Of a DNA stretch of 52,354 nt, positions 32,688 through 42,025 are shown piece by piece (position 1 is the first letter of the stretch; every line of letters starts with the position of its first letter). The position numbers and the translations under genes are program-made. The stretch is from an uncultured Gammaproteobacteria bacterium (GTDB lineage Bacteria > Patescibacteriota > Patescibacteriia > SBBC01 > CAIJZX01). The notes beneath the pieces were generated by a model that worked only from the letters and a program-made list of their open reading frames with translations, did not search any database and was not told where the DNA came from. The stretch covers positions 1 through 52,354 of the forward strand of contig CAYGGC010000008.1 in the NCBI GenBank assembly GCA_964349465.1, read 5' to 3'.

Positions 32688-35420
32688 ATGGCTGCCCCAA
32701 AACAACGTCTCTTGATTATCGATGGCAATGCATTGGTCCATCGTAGTTTTCATGCGATTCCGCCGTTAAATAACGCGAAGGGAGAACCGGTCAACGCCGT
32801 CTATGGTTTCGCGACGACGTTGTTAAAAGCTTGGAAAGAATTGAAGCCGACGCATATCGTCGCGACGTTTGACATGAAAGGCCCAACGTTTCGAAAAGAA
32901 ATGTTCGAGGCCTATAAAGCGACGCGCGTGAAGGCACCGGATGAACTGTACGAACAAATTCCGCGGGTCCAGGCGATGGTTGAAGCATTCGATATACCAG
33001 TCTATAAGAAACAAGGGTTCGAGGCCGATGACCTGATTGGGACGATTGCAAAGAAACTTCCGAAGGTGGAAAAAATTATTCTGACCGGCGACATGGATAC
33101 AACGCAGCTCGTCGATGCGAAAACAAAAATTTATACCTTGCGGAAAGGCGTGACTGATACGGTGTTACTCGATGCGGTGGGAGTAGAAGAAAAATTCGGT
33201 GTCACGCCAGACCAAATCATCGACTATAAAGCGCTCCGCGGCGATCCGTCGGACAATATTCCTGGCGTAAAAGGTGTTGGCGAAAAAACGGCTGCCGAAT
33301 TATTACAAAAATTTGGCACACTCGAAAAACTCTATACAGCGCTCGCTGATAACTCGAAATCTGCCCAGCAACTCAAAGAGTCGCTCAAAGAAAAACTGAT
33401 CACCCATAAATCCGACGCATTTTTATCGCAAAAACTGGCGACGATTAAACGCGATGTGCCAGTTGATTTTGATTTTGATCGGACGGCGGTTCATACGTAC
33501 GACCGCAATCACGTCGTCGATATTTTTCATGAACTGAATTTTAAGTCTTTGCTGAGCAAGTTACCGGAAGTGAAAATTCCGACCGCGGTGAAACAAGCGG
33601 CAATGGAGTTACGGATTGCCGCACCGGCCCCGAAACGCGACGGTCAAAACTATATCCTTGTGAATGATGACCCGACCTGGAGAAAATTCCTAGCCGAGCT
33701 CCAGGAGCAAAACGTGTTCGCGATTGATACGGAAACGAGCGGACTTGACCCCTGGACCGCAAAACTCCTGGGCCTCAGCTTTTCGTGGAAAGCGGGGGAG
33801 GGCTGGTACGTCGTCGCGACGCCGGACCGACTCGATGCCTTACGTCCGATCCTTGAAGATCCGCGGGTGAAGAAAGTCGGTCATAATATGAAATTCGATG
33901 CCGAGATCCTGAAGCTCCAAGGCGTGGCGCTTGAGCCATTATCGTTCGATACGATGCTCGCTTCGTATCTCATCAACCCTGGCACGCGGCAGTATTCTCT
34001 CGATGCGGTCGCGTTCAACGAATTTGGATATGAGATGATGCCGATTACTGACCTGATTGGTCCGAAAGGAAAAAATCAGTTGACGATGGAATCGGTGCCG
34101 CTGGAAAAACTTTCCTGGTACGCGGCCGAAGACGCCGATTTTACCTGGAGGATTTACGAAAAACTTGAACCGAAGGTCACGGGCTCGAGTATTGCCAAGC
34201 TGTTCTACGATATTGAAATGCCAACCGCAAGCGCCCTCGTCGATATTGAACTGAACGGTATTTTGGTTGACACCAACTTTTTAGCGGAGATGTCGAAGCA
34301 ACTCAAAAAAGACCTAAAAAAGATCGAACAAAAAATTTACGACCATGCCGGGGGCGAATTTAATATCAACTCGCCAATCCAGTTGAAAGAGGTGTTGTTT
34401 GAAAAACTAAAAATTTCCACGCAAGGCCTCGGCCGAACAAAAACAGGCGTCTCGACGGCGGCCGATCAGCTGGAAAAAATGAAAGATGCTCATCCGATTA
34501 TTCCGCTCATCAGCCAACAACGCGAATTATCGAAATTATTATCGACGTATATAGATGCGTTGCCGGAGATGGTCAATCAGAAAACTGGCCGGATTCATAC
34601 CTCCTATAATCAAGTTGTCGCTGCGACCGGTCGACTCTCTTCGAACGATCCGAACCTCCAGAATATCCCGATTCGGACCGACCTTGGGGCGCAAATTCGA
34701 AAGGCCTTCGTAGCTGGTCGAGGGATGCGACTCCTGTCGGCTGACTATTCGCAAATTGAGTTACGCGTTATCGCCTCGATGGCAAACGACCAGGCGATGA
34801 TCGAATCCTTCCAAAAAGGGGAGGACATTCACTCGCGGACCGCGGCGAATGTGAAGGGCGTGCCACTCGACCAGGTGACCCCGCAGATGCGCCGGGCGGC
34901 GAAGGCGGTGAACTTCGGGATTATTTACGGTCTCGGCTACGTTGGTCTCGCGCAAGGCGAGGGGATTTCACGCCAGGAGGCAAAGGAATTTATCGAAAAG
35001 TATTTCGCGGTTCATACGAATATCCGAAAATGGTTGGATGAGACGAAAGCGCTCGCACACAAACAAGGTTTCGTTGAAACGATGTTTGGCCGTCGTCGCT
35101 ATTTCCCGGAGATTAATTCGTCGAATGGGATGTTGATCGCCGCCGCCGAACGACAAGCGATCAACGCGCCGATCCAAGGCACGGCGGCGGATATTATCAA
35201 GTTGGCGATGATCAAGGTGCAGGCTGGCTTGCACAACGTCAGCCCAAAATCAAAACTCCTCCTGCAGGTTCATGACGAATTGGTTGTTGAATCACCGCTT
35301 GATGACGTCGCGAAGGTTTCGGCCTTCATGAAAAAGACCATGGAAGGCGTGATCGCCCTGAAAGTGCCGATTGTGGTGGAGGTTGGCGAGGGGAAAAATT
35401 GGGGCGAGACGAAGGAGTAG
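32688..35420 (+). CDS. polA: DNA polymerase I
   Basis: 5'-3' exonuclease (IDGNALVHRSFHA, GDPSDNIPGV), 3'-5' exonuclease (DTETSG, GHNMKFD), polymerase motifs (DYSQIELR, KAVNFGIIYG, QVHDEL). Confidence 0.98.
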   Translation: MAAPKQRLLIIDGNALVHRSFHAIPPLNNAKGEPVNAVYGFATTLLKAWKELKPTHIVATFDMKGPTFRKEMFEAYKATRVKAPDELYEQIPRVQAMVEAFDIPVYKKQGFEADDLIGTIAKKLPKVEKIILTGDMDTTQLVDAKTKIYTLRKGVTDTVLLDAVGVEEKFGVTPDQIIDYKALRGDPSDNIPGVKGVGEKTAAELLQKFGTLEKLYTALADNSKSAQQLKESLKEKLITHKSDAFLSQKLATIKRDVPVDFDFDRTAVHTYDRNHVVDIFHELNFKSLLSKLPEVKIPTAVKQAAMELRIAAPAPKRDGQNYILVNDDPTWRKFLAELQEQNVFAIDTETSGLDPWTAKLLGLSFSWKAGEGWYVVATPDRLDALRPILEDPRVKKVGHNMKFDAEILKLQGVALEPLSFDTMLASYLINPGTRQYSLDAVAFNEFGYEMMPITDLIGPKGKNQLTMESVPLEKLSWYAAEDADFTWRIYEKLEPKVTGSSIAKLFYDIEMPTASALVDIELNGILVDTNFLAEMSKQLKKDLKKIEQKIYDHAGGEFNINSPIQLKEVLFEKLKISTQGLGRTKTGVSTAADQLEKMKDAHPIIPLISQQRELSKLLSTYIDALPEMVNQKTGRIHTSYNQVVAATGRLSSNDPNLQNIPIRTDLGAQIRKAFVAGRGMRLLSADYSQIELRVIASMANDQAMIESFQKGEDIHSRTAANVKGVPLDQVTPQMRRAAKAVNFGIIYGLGYVGLAQGEGISRQEAKEFIEKYFAVHTNIRKWLDETKALAHKQGFVETMFGRRRYFPEINSSNGMLIAAAERQAINAPIQGTAADIIKLAMIKVQAGLHNVSPKSKLLLQVHDELVVESPLDDVAKVSAFMKKTMEGVIALKVPIVVEVGEGKNWGETKE

Positions 35421-35428
35421 AATATTTC

Positions 35429-35485
35429 GACTAACGTTTCGGCGTATAGGATTGCGCGAAGCATATCAAATATACGCCGTTGGGC
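35429..35485. repeat. attC-like site S1 (short)
   Basis: GACTAAC-GTTTC-GGCGTATA..GCGAAGC..TATACGCC-GTTGGGC; begins 9 nt after the polA stop. Confidence 0.75.
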
Positions 35486-35598
35486 GGAGTGGAGCGAGGT
35501 ACGCCTTGACAAAAGTCAAAGGCTATGCTTAACTGTCCAGTTCACTCGCACCTTTTTCTGCTGATTGATGTGTACCATCACCGTAGGAGGAACGCGCA

Positions 35599-35880
35599 AT
35601 GATACTCGAAACGCTTAGTGTAGCACTGAAGGCCTGCGGTTTGCCCGAGGATCCGAAGTTGGTTGTGGGGCGACCATTTATGTTTACTGATGGAACCCAT
35701 ACAATCGTGGGGACTGTGACTTCACTTGTCTATGCCGGGGTTCCAACGAGTCTCGCTCTCCTTGTGTCCTCACGGCAGTTTCGGGGGGACGCTATCAGTG
35801 CGCTAGGGTATTTCGAAGGAAAATGGTTCGTCGCCCCGATCAGTGAAAAGATGAATTTTGGCTCGTTTGAGTTGCTGTAG
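35599..35880 (+). CDS. Hypothetical protein, cargo of the S1-S2 segment, with its own promoter and terminator
   Basis: AGGAGG RBS, TTGACA at 35506, terminator-like GGCCGCCCCAC..GTGGGCGGCC downstream. Confidence 0.65.
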   Translation: MILETLSVALKACGLPEDPKLVVGRPFMFTDGTHTIVGTVTSLVYAGVPTSLALLVSSRQFRGDAISALGYFEGKWFVAPISEKMNFGSFELL

Positions 35881-35956
35881 AGGTAGACAGAAACGGCCGC
35901 CCCACGCTAACGCGTTGTGGGCGGCCTCTTCATTTTTAAAAACCTCGCTCCATTTC

Positions 35957-36600
35957 GTACAACGTTTGCGGATTGCCGAAGTTGCGTGATGGTATAATAT
36001 CATACCGACCATCACGCAATTTGCGCGAAGCCGATAAAATAACTCACGCTATTACCGCATTAGTAAGTAATTCGGCTATCTTAGTTTTTAATTCGACATA
36101 ATTAATACTAGCTTCGTGTTTTACATGTAGAGATTTAATGCCTGCGGCTTTAAGCATTTCATTTACATTGTTATCTCGCGTCACTCTGTCTTCGCGTTCA
36201 TGTGTCCGACCATCATATTCAATACCTAGTATTGGTTTGTAGTAGGGTAGCTCGAAAATAACAAAATCAACAGTTTTTCTGTTGATCTTGTTTTGATATG
36301 TCCAAAATTTATTTCGTGCCGCATCGACTTTGAGTATCGCGCTTAATTGTATTTGCGGAAACACAATATGAGTTGCCGGGACAATCTTTTTTATTTCATC
36401 AAAGAATTGCCGTTCTGGAATATTGAGAAGATAATCCTTCTTTTTGAAAGGATATTGTTGTTCTTCGGAAAACAATGATTCTAGCTTTTCTTTGAACGCG
36501 AAGACCACTGCACCGATAATGATGATAATGCCTAATGTGTAATAAAGACTCATACACTGATTACTATTTTATCGGCTTCGCCGGCAATCCGCTGTTAGAG
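35957..36600. repeat. attC-like site S2 with a gene inside its loop
   Basis: GTACAAC-GTTT-GCGGATTGCC..GCGAAGCCGATAAAAT [gene] ATTTTATCGGCTTCGC-CGGCAATCCGC-T-GTTAGAG. Confidence 0.8.
36044..36553 (-). CDS. DUF2726 family protein (PD-(D/E)XK-like), N-terminal TM
   Basis: LLN..ER.FF..I, VFPQIQLS.I, KTVDFVI, IEYDGRTH..R..RD. Confidence 0.85.
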   Translation of the reverse strand: MSLYYTLGIIIIIGAVVFAFKEKLESLFSEEQQYPFKKKDYLLNIPERQFFDEIKKIVPATHIVFPQIQLSAILKVDAARNKFWTYQNKINRKTVDFVIFELPYYKPILGIEYDGRTHEREDRVTRDNNVNEMLKAAGIKSLHVKHEASINYVELKTKIAELLTNAVIA

Positions 36601-36609
36601 GAAGTATTT

Positions 36610-36867
36610 CTAGTTTTTTAATACAGCCACCCAGGCTGCAATTGCGCTAAAAAGAGAGGCGAGGGCAGAGATTATTGCAACAATCCAAAGTCGATTTTCA
36701 CGTCGTGCTCGCTTTGCTTCTCTTACACGAGCCTGAATCGCAGATTCTTTGAAATGGCCGGAGCCACTTACACTACGGTCTCTTGCCTCGTACCAATTTT
36801 CTTCACTAAGACCAAGGCTCCTCGCCTCCTCTTTTAATGCCTCTCCAGTTTTCTCTTTGTAAGTCAT
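36610..36867 (-). CDS. Hypothetical protein with C-terminal TM, cassette S2-S3
   Basis: Fills the segment almost exactly; stop codon lies inside the terminal repeat arm. Confidence 0.7.
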   Translation of the reverse strand: MTYKEKTGEALKEEARSLGLSEENWYEARDRSVSGSGHFKESAIQARVREAKRARRENRLWIVAIISALASLFSAIAAWVAVLKN

Positions 36868-36882
36868 TTCTAGAAATATTTC

Positions 36883-36945
36883 GACTAACGTTTGCGCGTC
36901 ATACGCGGCGCAGCGAAGCGGAGTTGCGTATACGCGCTGTTATTT
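36883..36945. repeat. attC-like site S3 (short)
   Basis: GACTAAC-GTTT-GCGCGT(C)ATACGC..GCGAAGC..GCGTATACGCGC-T-GTTATTT. Confidence 0.8.
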
Positions 36946-37032
36946 GATGTACATGTTTTCCTTCGATTTGCACCAGCAAATCGCTCTTAAAAAAGAATCC
37001 GATTTTGTTTTTTTGCTATTCAATCCTGATGT

Positions 37033-37650
37033 TTACAGATCCAAAACTTTCTTAAGAAATCCTGTTCTAGCGTAAAACGCTCTGCTAATTGTCCCGTGCC
37101 CAGCGCCCTTTGTTCTCGGTTGAATATAAACTCCCATCTCACTCTTTAATGCCCCAAAGCCTTGCGTATTTAGTGTACTGCTAATGAGTTCGTAGTCAGC
37201 TTTAACCTGATCAAACGTTTCGTGTCCGTCAAGATCGAAACTATCAACTCTTTCTAAAACGGTTGGACCGCCTGGCGAAGTATATAGAATCGCACAGATA
37301 ACAATGCTTTTCATTTTGTAGTAGGCATGACTTTTTAGAAAGTCTGGCTCCAGATGATTTCCATCAATCATGGTGATCTGCATTGTTTCCTTTGGAACAA
37401 TGTTTCCCTTCTTCCTTTTTACTAACGATATTTGTTTTAACTCAAAATATCGACCATTTGGAGCCTGATTATTATTTTTTGCTAAACCAAGAAAGCGTTC
37501 TAGTGTATCACCGGCCCAACCTTTATTAAGCTTGCCATCTTTAAAAATATTTACCTTGTACTTTTCTGCGTATGTCCGAAGATCTTGCCCAAGCAGTGTC
37601 TTTAGTTTTACGATGGCCTCATCTTTTAACAGGTATGTTGCATCATTCAT
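37033..37650 (-). CDS. MutH/Sau3AI-family endonuclease
   Basis: NKGWAG..LER.LG, ELK, KETMQITMI, QPRTKG, RAFYART motifs. Confidence 0.8.
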   Translation of the reverse strand: MNDATYLLKDEAIVKLKTLLGQDLRTYAEKYKVNIFKDGKLNKGWAGDTLERFLGLAKNNNQAPNGRYFELKQISLVKRKKGNIVPKETMQITMIDGNHLEPDFLKSHAYYKMKSIVICAILYTSPGGPTVLERVDSFDLDGHETFDQVKADYELISSTLNTQGFGALKSEMGVYIQPRTKGAGHGTISRAFYARTGFLKKVLDL

Positions 37651-37656
37651 ACACTT

Positions 37657-38463
37657 TCACACTAATGTTCCTATGTCTAAATATCTATTTTTAGAGACTT
37701 CTAGGTACTCCTTTTCCATATCAATTCCTACGAACCTCCTTCCATGCTTCGCCGCGGCTATTCCTGTTGTTGAGCTTCCCGTGAATGGATCAAGAATGAG
37801 ATCTCCTTCATTAGTTGAAGCTAAAATAATTCTTTCTAAAACTGACATTGGTTTTTGTGTTGGATGCTTGCCAAATTTTTTTTCTTCTTTCTTTGGCGTA
37901 AGGAGCGCCCAAACGCTTCTCATTTGTTTACCAGAATTTTTAAGAAAATCACCGTTCCAATTACCGTTTTTCATATCTAGGTAATTGAAGACGTGTTTTG
38001 CCTTTTCATCTTTTCTTGCCCAAATTAAAGTTTCGTGACTAGCAGTAAAATAACGGCCGCTGAGGTTTGGTGCGGCATTTGGTTTGTACCATGCGATGTC
38101 ATTCAAGATTTTGTATCCTTCCAGTTGTAGAGCAAAGCCACAAGCATAAATCGAGTGGTATGTGCCACTAATCCAAATAGTGCCGTTCGGTTTTAGTATC
38201 CGCTTACATGCTGTAATCCACTTTTTATGAAATTCAAAATCTTTTTCAATCCCCTGACTTTCGTCCCATTTACCTTTGTGGACACTCACGCGCTTTCCAG
38301 CATGAACGGTAAAACCTCCGTTTGAAAGCATATACGGCGGGTCAGCGAAGATCATGTCATAGACTTCCGGCTTAAAACCTTCCATAATCTGTAAACAATC
38401 GCCTTGATATAAACGAAAACCTGGTTCGTTGAAATACAGGAATTTTTCGTTCTTTTTTGTCAT
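37657..38463 (-). CDS. Beta-class N6/N4 DNA methyltransferase (DpnIIB/DpnA-like)
   Basis: FADPPY, KGKWD, ISGTYHSIY, HPTQKP, LDPFTGSSTTG. Confidence 0.9.
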   Translation of the reverse strand: MTKKNEKFLYFNEPGFRLYQGDCLQIMEGFKPEVYDMIFADPPYMLSNGGFTVHAGKRVSVHKGKWDESQGIEKDFEFHKKWITACKRILKPNGTIWISGTYHSIYACGFALQLEGYKILNDIAWYKPNAAPNLSGRYFTASHETLIWARKDEKAKHVFNYLDMKNGNWNGDFLKNSGKQMRSVWALLTPKKEEKKFGKHPTQKPMSVLERIILASTNEGDLILDPFTGSSTTGIAAAKHGRRFVGIDMEKEYLEVSKNRYLDIGTLV

Positions 38464-38469
38464 GTGTAT

Positions 38470-38498
38470 ATCTTACCCGAAGAAAAACCGAATGTCAA
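38470..38498 (-). promoter_or_regulatory. Promoter of the MTase-endonuclease pair, probably leaderless
   Basis: TTGACAttcggtttttcttcgggTAAGAT, 6 nt before ATG. Confidence 0.7.
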
Positions 38499-38612
38499 AT
38501 AATTCCCTATTCTTAGCTAAAAACTGTGCTTAGTATACCCTGATTGTTCATAAATTCAAAACCGGCCTGTTGGCCGGTATCATTCGAAAGAGTCTTATAA
38601 AAGACTTGTCAG

Positions 38613-39287
38613 TTAAATTTGCTTGGTAATATCGAAGTCGTCAATGTTATCATTTATGTGAGTGGCTATATTAATATATTTTTCAGGGTTCGCAACGAAG
38701 GAATGCCAATGTACCGGATGAATATAAGAGTGGTTGTCACCCAAATGTATCCACTCAAGAGTATTATGGCCGTGACCTATATCTTGGGTTGTAATGGGTG
38801 ACCTTCGGTTAAACATATTTTTACCAACAATCTCGAAAGTGTTGTTATTCTTCCAGCGGTAACAACCTAAGTTACAAAGTGGGCTCACAAAATGTTCATA
38901 GTTTCCAAGCTCATCTGGTAAGACAAGCGCTAACATTGCGTTTGGTCGACTAACTTGTCCATCCTTGGTTTTTTCTCGCAATGAATAGGCAATTTCCCAG
39001 GGAATCCACTGATCTTTTTCGGGCAGCATTTCTTTCATGCCCTTTGAGACTAAAACTAGAGTGACACTGCTATCAAAAATATTTTCTCTTAAATGAGAGG
39101 CAATCGTTTCATCGGTAAAGTGGCTTAAATCTTCATCATCTCTTTCACCTTTATATATATGTTGGCCTTCAAAATATTGCTGTAGTGAGTCCACATAATC
39201 CCTTGCGGTAGCAGAAGCCCCTGCTAAAAATGGATGGGCAACCTGGTTATCTTCGTGCTTATAGCTAACAAAAATTTTTCTGGCCAT
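38613..39287 (-). CDS. TIR-like domain protein (DUF1863/MTH538, ThsB-like)
   Basis: RKIFVSYKH, I..SSVTLVLVS, WIPWEIAYSL with the catalytic-type Glu. Confidence 0.8.
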   Translation of the reverse strand: MARKIFVSYKHEDNQVAHPFLAGASATARDYVDSLQQYFEGQHIYKGERDDEDLSHFTDETIASHLRENIFDSSVTLVLVSKGMKEMLPEKDQWIPWEIAYSLREKTKDGQVSRPNAMLALVLPDELGNYEHFVSPLCNLGCYRWKNNNTFEIVGKNMFNRRSPITTQDIGHGHNTLEWIHLGDNHSYIHPVHWHSFVANPEKYINIATHINDNIDDFDITKQI

Positions 39288-39686
39288 TTACTTTAAGAAT
39301 AAGATTATAATTGTGATAACCAACAATGGGGTGTAGAAGGCAATTAGTGTCTTTGAAAAGATTGAGTGAATCCACGTATTTTTGGGTATCTTGTAAAACT
39401 CCGTTGTGTTCATTGAAAAATTTATTTTTTCATTCGGAAGCAATCTAACTTGATCATAAAGCGCACGAAAAAGCCTTTCCTGAGACAAGAAATATCCATC
39501 AGAAACCCAAAAGGTGAAAATCAGATAATATGCTATTAACATATACAGATTTTCATTTCTGGCAACTGCTAAAGAAAATACAGCTGCGACAAGTGTTACG
39601 GTCCAGCCTCGAAGAAAAAACAAATTTCTCGCCATTCTTGAAATGACGTCTTGGATCAATTTTAGGTGTTCGATTTTGCTATCCAT
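39288..39686 (-). CDS. Small multi-TM protein directly upstream of the TIR gene
   Basis: HLKLIQDVISRMA..F..RGW, FW..DGYFL.QERLFR.LY; stop abuts the TIR start codon. Confidence 0.75.
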   Translation of the reverse strand: MDSKIEHLKLIQDVISRMARNLFFLRGWTVTLVAAVFSLAVARNENLYMLIAYYLIFTFWVSDGYFLSQERLFRALYDQVRLLPNEKINFSMNTTEFYKIPKNTWIHSIFSKTLIAFYTPLLVITIIILFLK

Positions 39687-39692
39687 CGTTCC

Positions 39693-39721
39693 AGTATACC
39701 CGAAGTAAAACCGAATGTCAA
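39693..39721 (-). promoter_or_regulatory. Promoter of the TM-TIR pair, probably leaderless; near-duplicate of 38470-38498
   Basis: TTGACAttcggttttacttcgggTATACT, 6 nt before ATG. Confidence 0.72.
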
Positions 39722-39787
39722 GAAAAACAAAATCGGATTCTTTTTTAAGAGTCGGAGCGATAGCTCCGAAAGGAAAACATGTATTTC

Positions 39788-39844
39788 AAATAACGTTTGC
39801 GTCTCATCCGAAGTATTCGATATGTCGGATAGACGCCGTTGTAC
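39788..39844. repeat. attC-like site S4 (short)
   Basis: AAATAAC-GTTT-GCGTCT(C)ATCCGA..TCGGATAGACGC-C-GTTGTAC. Confidence 0.8.
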
Positions 39845-39867
39845 GATTTGTAAATCAGCCGTCGGTA

Positions 39868-40608
39868 TTAACTTATGTTTCCTAGCCGATATCCACCGTC
39901 GATGGTGAGTATTTCACCACACATGGCATCATTTTTCACTAGAAAAGTAATTGCATCGGCAATTTCTTCTGGTTGAATCATCCGCTTGATTAAGTGCACT
40001 TCACCAAGTTTCTTCTGTTGACGCTGATTTGGGCTTCCCCACATAGGTGTCGCGACTCGGCCCGGAGCCACAGCGTTGATAAGAATCCTCGGAGCTAATT
40101 GTTTAGCAAGATTCTTTGTGTAATTTTCAAGAGCGGCTTTGAAAGCAGCGTAAGCAATCGCGGTTGGCCTGCCATACCCTAGCCGACCATGAATAGAGGA
40201 AACATTGACTATTTTCCCTCGTCCCATGATTTTTAGGGCATGTTTGGTAACGATGATGTGTCCGAGAAAGTTATTGTGAAAAATATTTTCAAATGCCTTG
40301 AGGTTTGTTGGATTGTCATGGTCGTCGAATGTTCCGGCATTGTTTACTAAAACGTGTAGTGCGCGGTGTGTTTTTGTAATTTTATTGAACATTTCCTGAA
40401 CCGCTATAGTACTTGTGATGTCAGCTTTGACAATAATATTGCCGTCAGAAAATTTATTACACTTGTTCAACGTTAAATTTGCTGCGACGCGGTTTGTTTT
40501 GTAGTTGATAACCACTGAGCAACCTTCCTTTGCCAAAGCGATTGCTGTAGCTGCGCCTATTCCACTTGAGGCTCCGGTGACGAGCGCGACTTTATTAGTA
40601 AGTTTCAT
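39868..40608 (-). CDS. Short-chain dehydrogenase/reductase (SDR), cassette S4-S5
   Basis: TGASSGIG, NNAG, YAAFK, NAVAPG, IDGG. Confidence 0.9.
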   Translation of the reverse strand: MKLTNKVALVTGASSGIGAATAIALAKEGCSVVINYKTNRVAANLTLNKCNKFSDGNIIVKADITSTIAVQEMFNKITKTHRALHVLVNNAGTFDDHDNPTNLKAFENIFHNNFLGHIIVTKHALKIMGRGKIVNVSSIHGRLGYGRPTAIAYAAFKAALENYTKNLAKQLAPRILINAVAPGRVATPMWGSPNQRQQKKLGEVHLIKRMIQPEEIADAITFLVKNDAMCGEILTIDGGYRLGNIS

Positions 40609-40636
40609 ATATTAAGTATAGGCTGATTTACATTTC

Positions 40637-41200
40637 GTACAACGTTTCGGGCTAGCCGAAGTTTGGTCGGGTTACAATTTGCGCGGAGCGCCAACCCGAC
40701 CAAATTTGGGTGAGCGAGCGCAAGATATTATTGCTCTACTTTATCAAAAGTACTCCATCCAAATCCAGTTACCCTTTGACCAAGATCATACTGTTTGGAT
40801 GCAAGTATAATGGTTTTTTCCAAGTTAATAAAGAGAGTATTTATTCGAAGGTGTTTGTCAATTCTCTTATAGATTGGACCTTTTCTCGTGCTCCATTCGT
40901 AGATCACCCTTACCGCATCAGTGTTTTTGTTTCTACTCTGATGGTTTCTGGTATCCACGGAGGAAAAGATTACTATCTGTACGAATCTATTTCTTGTTGG
41001 GAATGAATAAATATGTTCGAGAGAGATGGGTTCGCCATGTTTTTGATTAAAGGACTCAGTTATTTCTTTCCAAGATAGTAATCCGTTGTTTATTCTTATT
41101 CGGATTAACTCTCTTTCAAACTTGTTCTGAGAGTACTTAATAAATGTTCTCATACCTTTGGAATTTCTTGCGCTCGCTCACCGGCTAGCCCGTGTTATAT
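40637..41200. repeat. attC-like site S5 with a gene inside its loop
   Basis: GTACAAC-GTTT-CGGGCTAGCC..GTGAGCGAGCGCAAGA [gene] TCTTGCGCTCGCTCAC-CGGCTAGCCCG-T-GTTATAT. Confidence 0.8.
40728..41153 (-). CDS. Hypothetical protein (141 aa) nested in S5
   Basis: Fills the loop almost exactly between the two repeat arms. Confidence 0.7.
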   Translation of the reverse strand: MRTFIKYSQNKFERELIRIRINNGLLSWKEITESFNQKHGEPISLEHIYSFPTRNRFVQIVIFSSVDTRNHQSRNKNTDAVRVIYEWSTRKGPIYKRIDKHLRINTLFINLEKTIILASKQYDLGQRVTGFGWSTFDKVEQ

Positions 41201-41272
41201 GATGTACATGTTTTCCTTGTTTTGCCGTAGCAAATCGAGCTTTAAAAAGAATCCGATTTTGTTTTCGTTTCG

Positions 41273-41941
41273 CTAGAGTCCTAGAGCTTTTATTTTCTTA
41301 TCAATGTAGGCTGAACCTTTTGACTCTCGCGGAAACGATCCGTCCTCATTGAAGAACGTTATCTCTTTTTCAGAATGGTTGGCTTTCTTTGGGAACAAAG
41401 AAATTATTTTTTCAATGTTTGTGAAGGGCTCGGTTTCTATCTTACTTCCTTCAATCGGTGCCCACTCTTTGCCAGCCTCGCCTCCTTCTGGTAAGTGTTT
41501 CTGCGGACTTTGTTGTATTAGGTTGTCCACTTCGGTAGTTGCGATCTGCCAATAGGTGCAAAGCGCAATTTCATGTTCATCGATTGATCCTTCATGATGT
41601 TTTTCGAGATGATCCAACAATTCTTTAGAACAATCCCAAAGGCTATAATATTTCATCAAACCCTCTGAGGGATCAAGCTTGTTTGTTCCTTCCAACATGA
41701 GATAGAACATCATTTTCATAAGATGTCCTGGGTTTTTAGCGTGTCGAGCGAAGACTTCAAGCCAGTTGCTCTCTAGCTTGCCGTATAAATGAGGATAGTC
41801 CTTAAATTCTTCCTTTTTCTTTGCCTCCCATTCGGCATCAAACTTTGCGTTTGCAACTTTCTCTTTTTCCTCTTCTTTTTGACGATAAATACGCCAAAGT
41901 ATAAAAGCTATTATAGCCAGCAAGATGTAGATTAGATTCAT
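41273..41941 (-). CDS. Hypothetical protein with N-terminal TM, cassette S5-S6
   Basis: Start moved to MNLIYILLAII because the upstream extension runs through the repeat arms. Confidence 0.7.
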   Translation of the reverse strand: MNLIYILLAIIAFILWRIYRQKEEEKEKVANAKFDAEWEAKKKEEFKDYPHLYGKLESNWLEVFARHAKNPGHLMKMMFYLMLEGTNKLDPSEGLMKYYSLWDCSKELLDHLEKHHEGSIDEHEIALCTYWQIATTEVDNLIQQSPQKHLPEGGEAGKEWAPIEGSKIETEPFTNIEKIISLFPKKANHSEKEITFFNEDGSFPRESKGSAYIDKKIKALGL

Positions 41942-42025
41942 AAAAGTGTCTATAAAGTTGTTATAAAAACAAAATCGGATTCTTTTTAAGCTGGAGCGAT
42001 AGCTCCTAAGGAAAACATGTATTTC

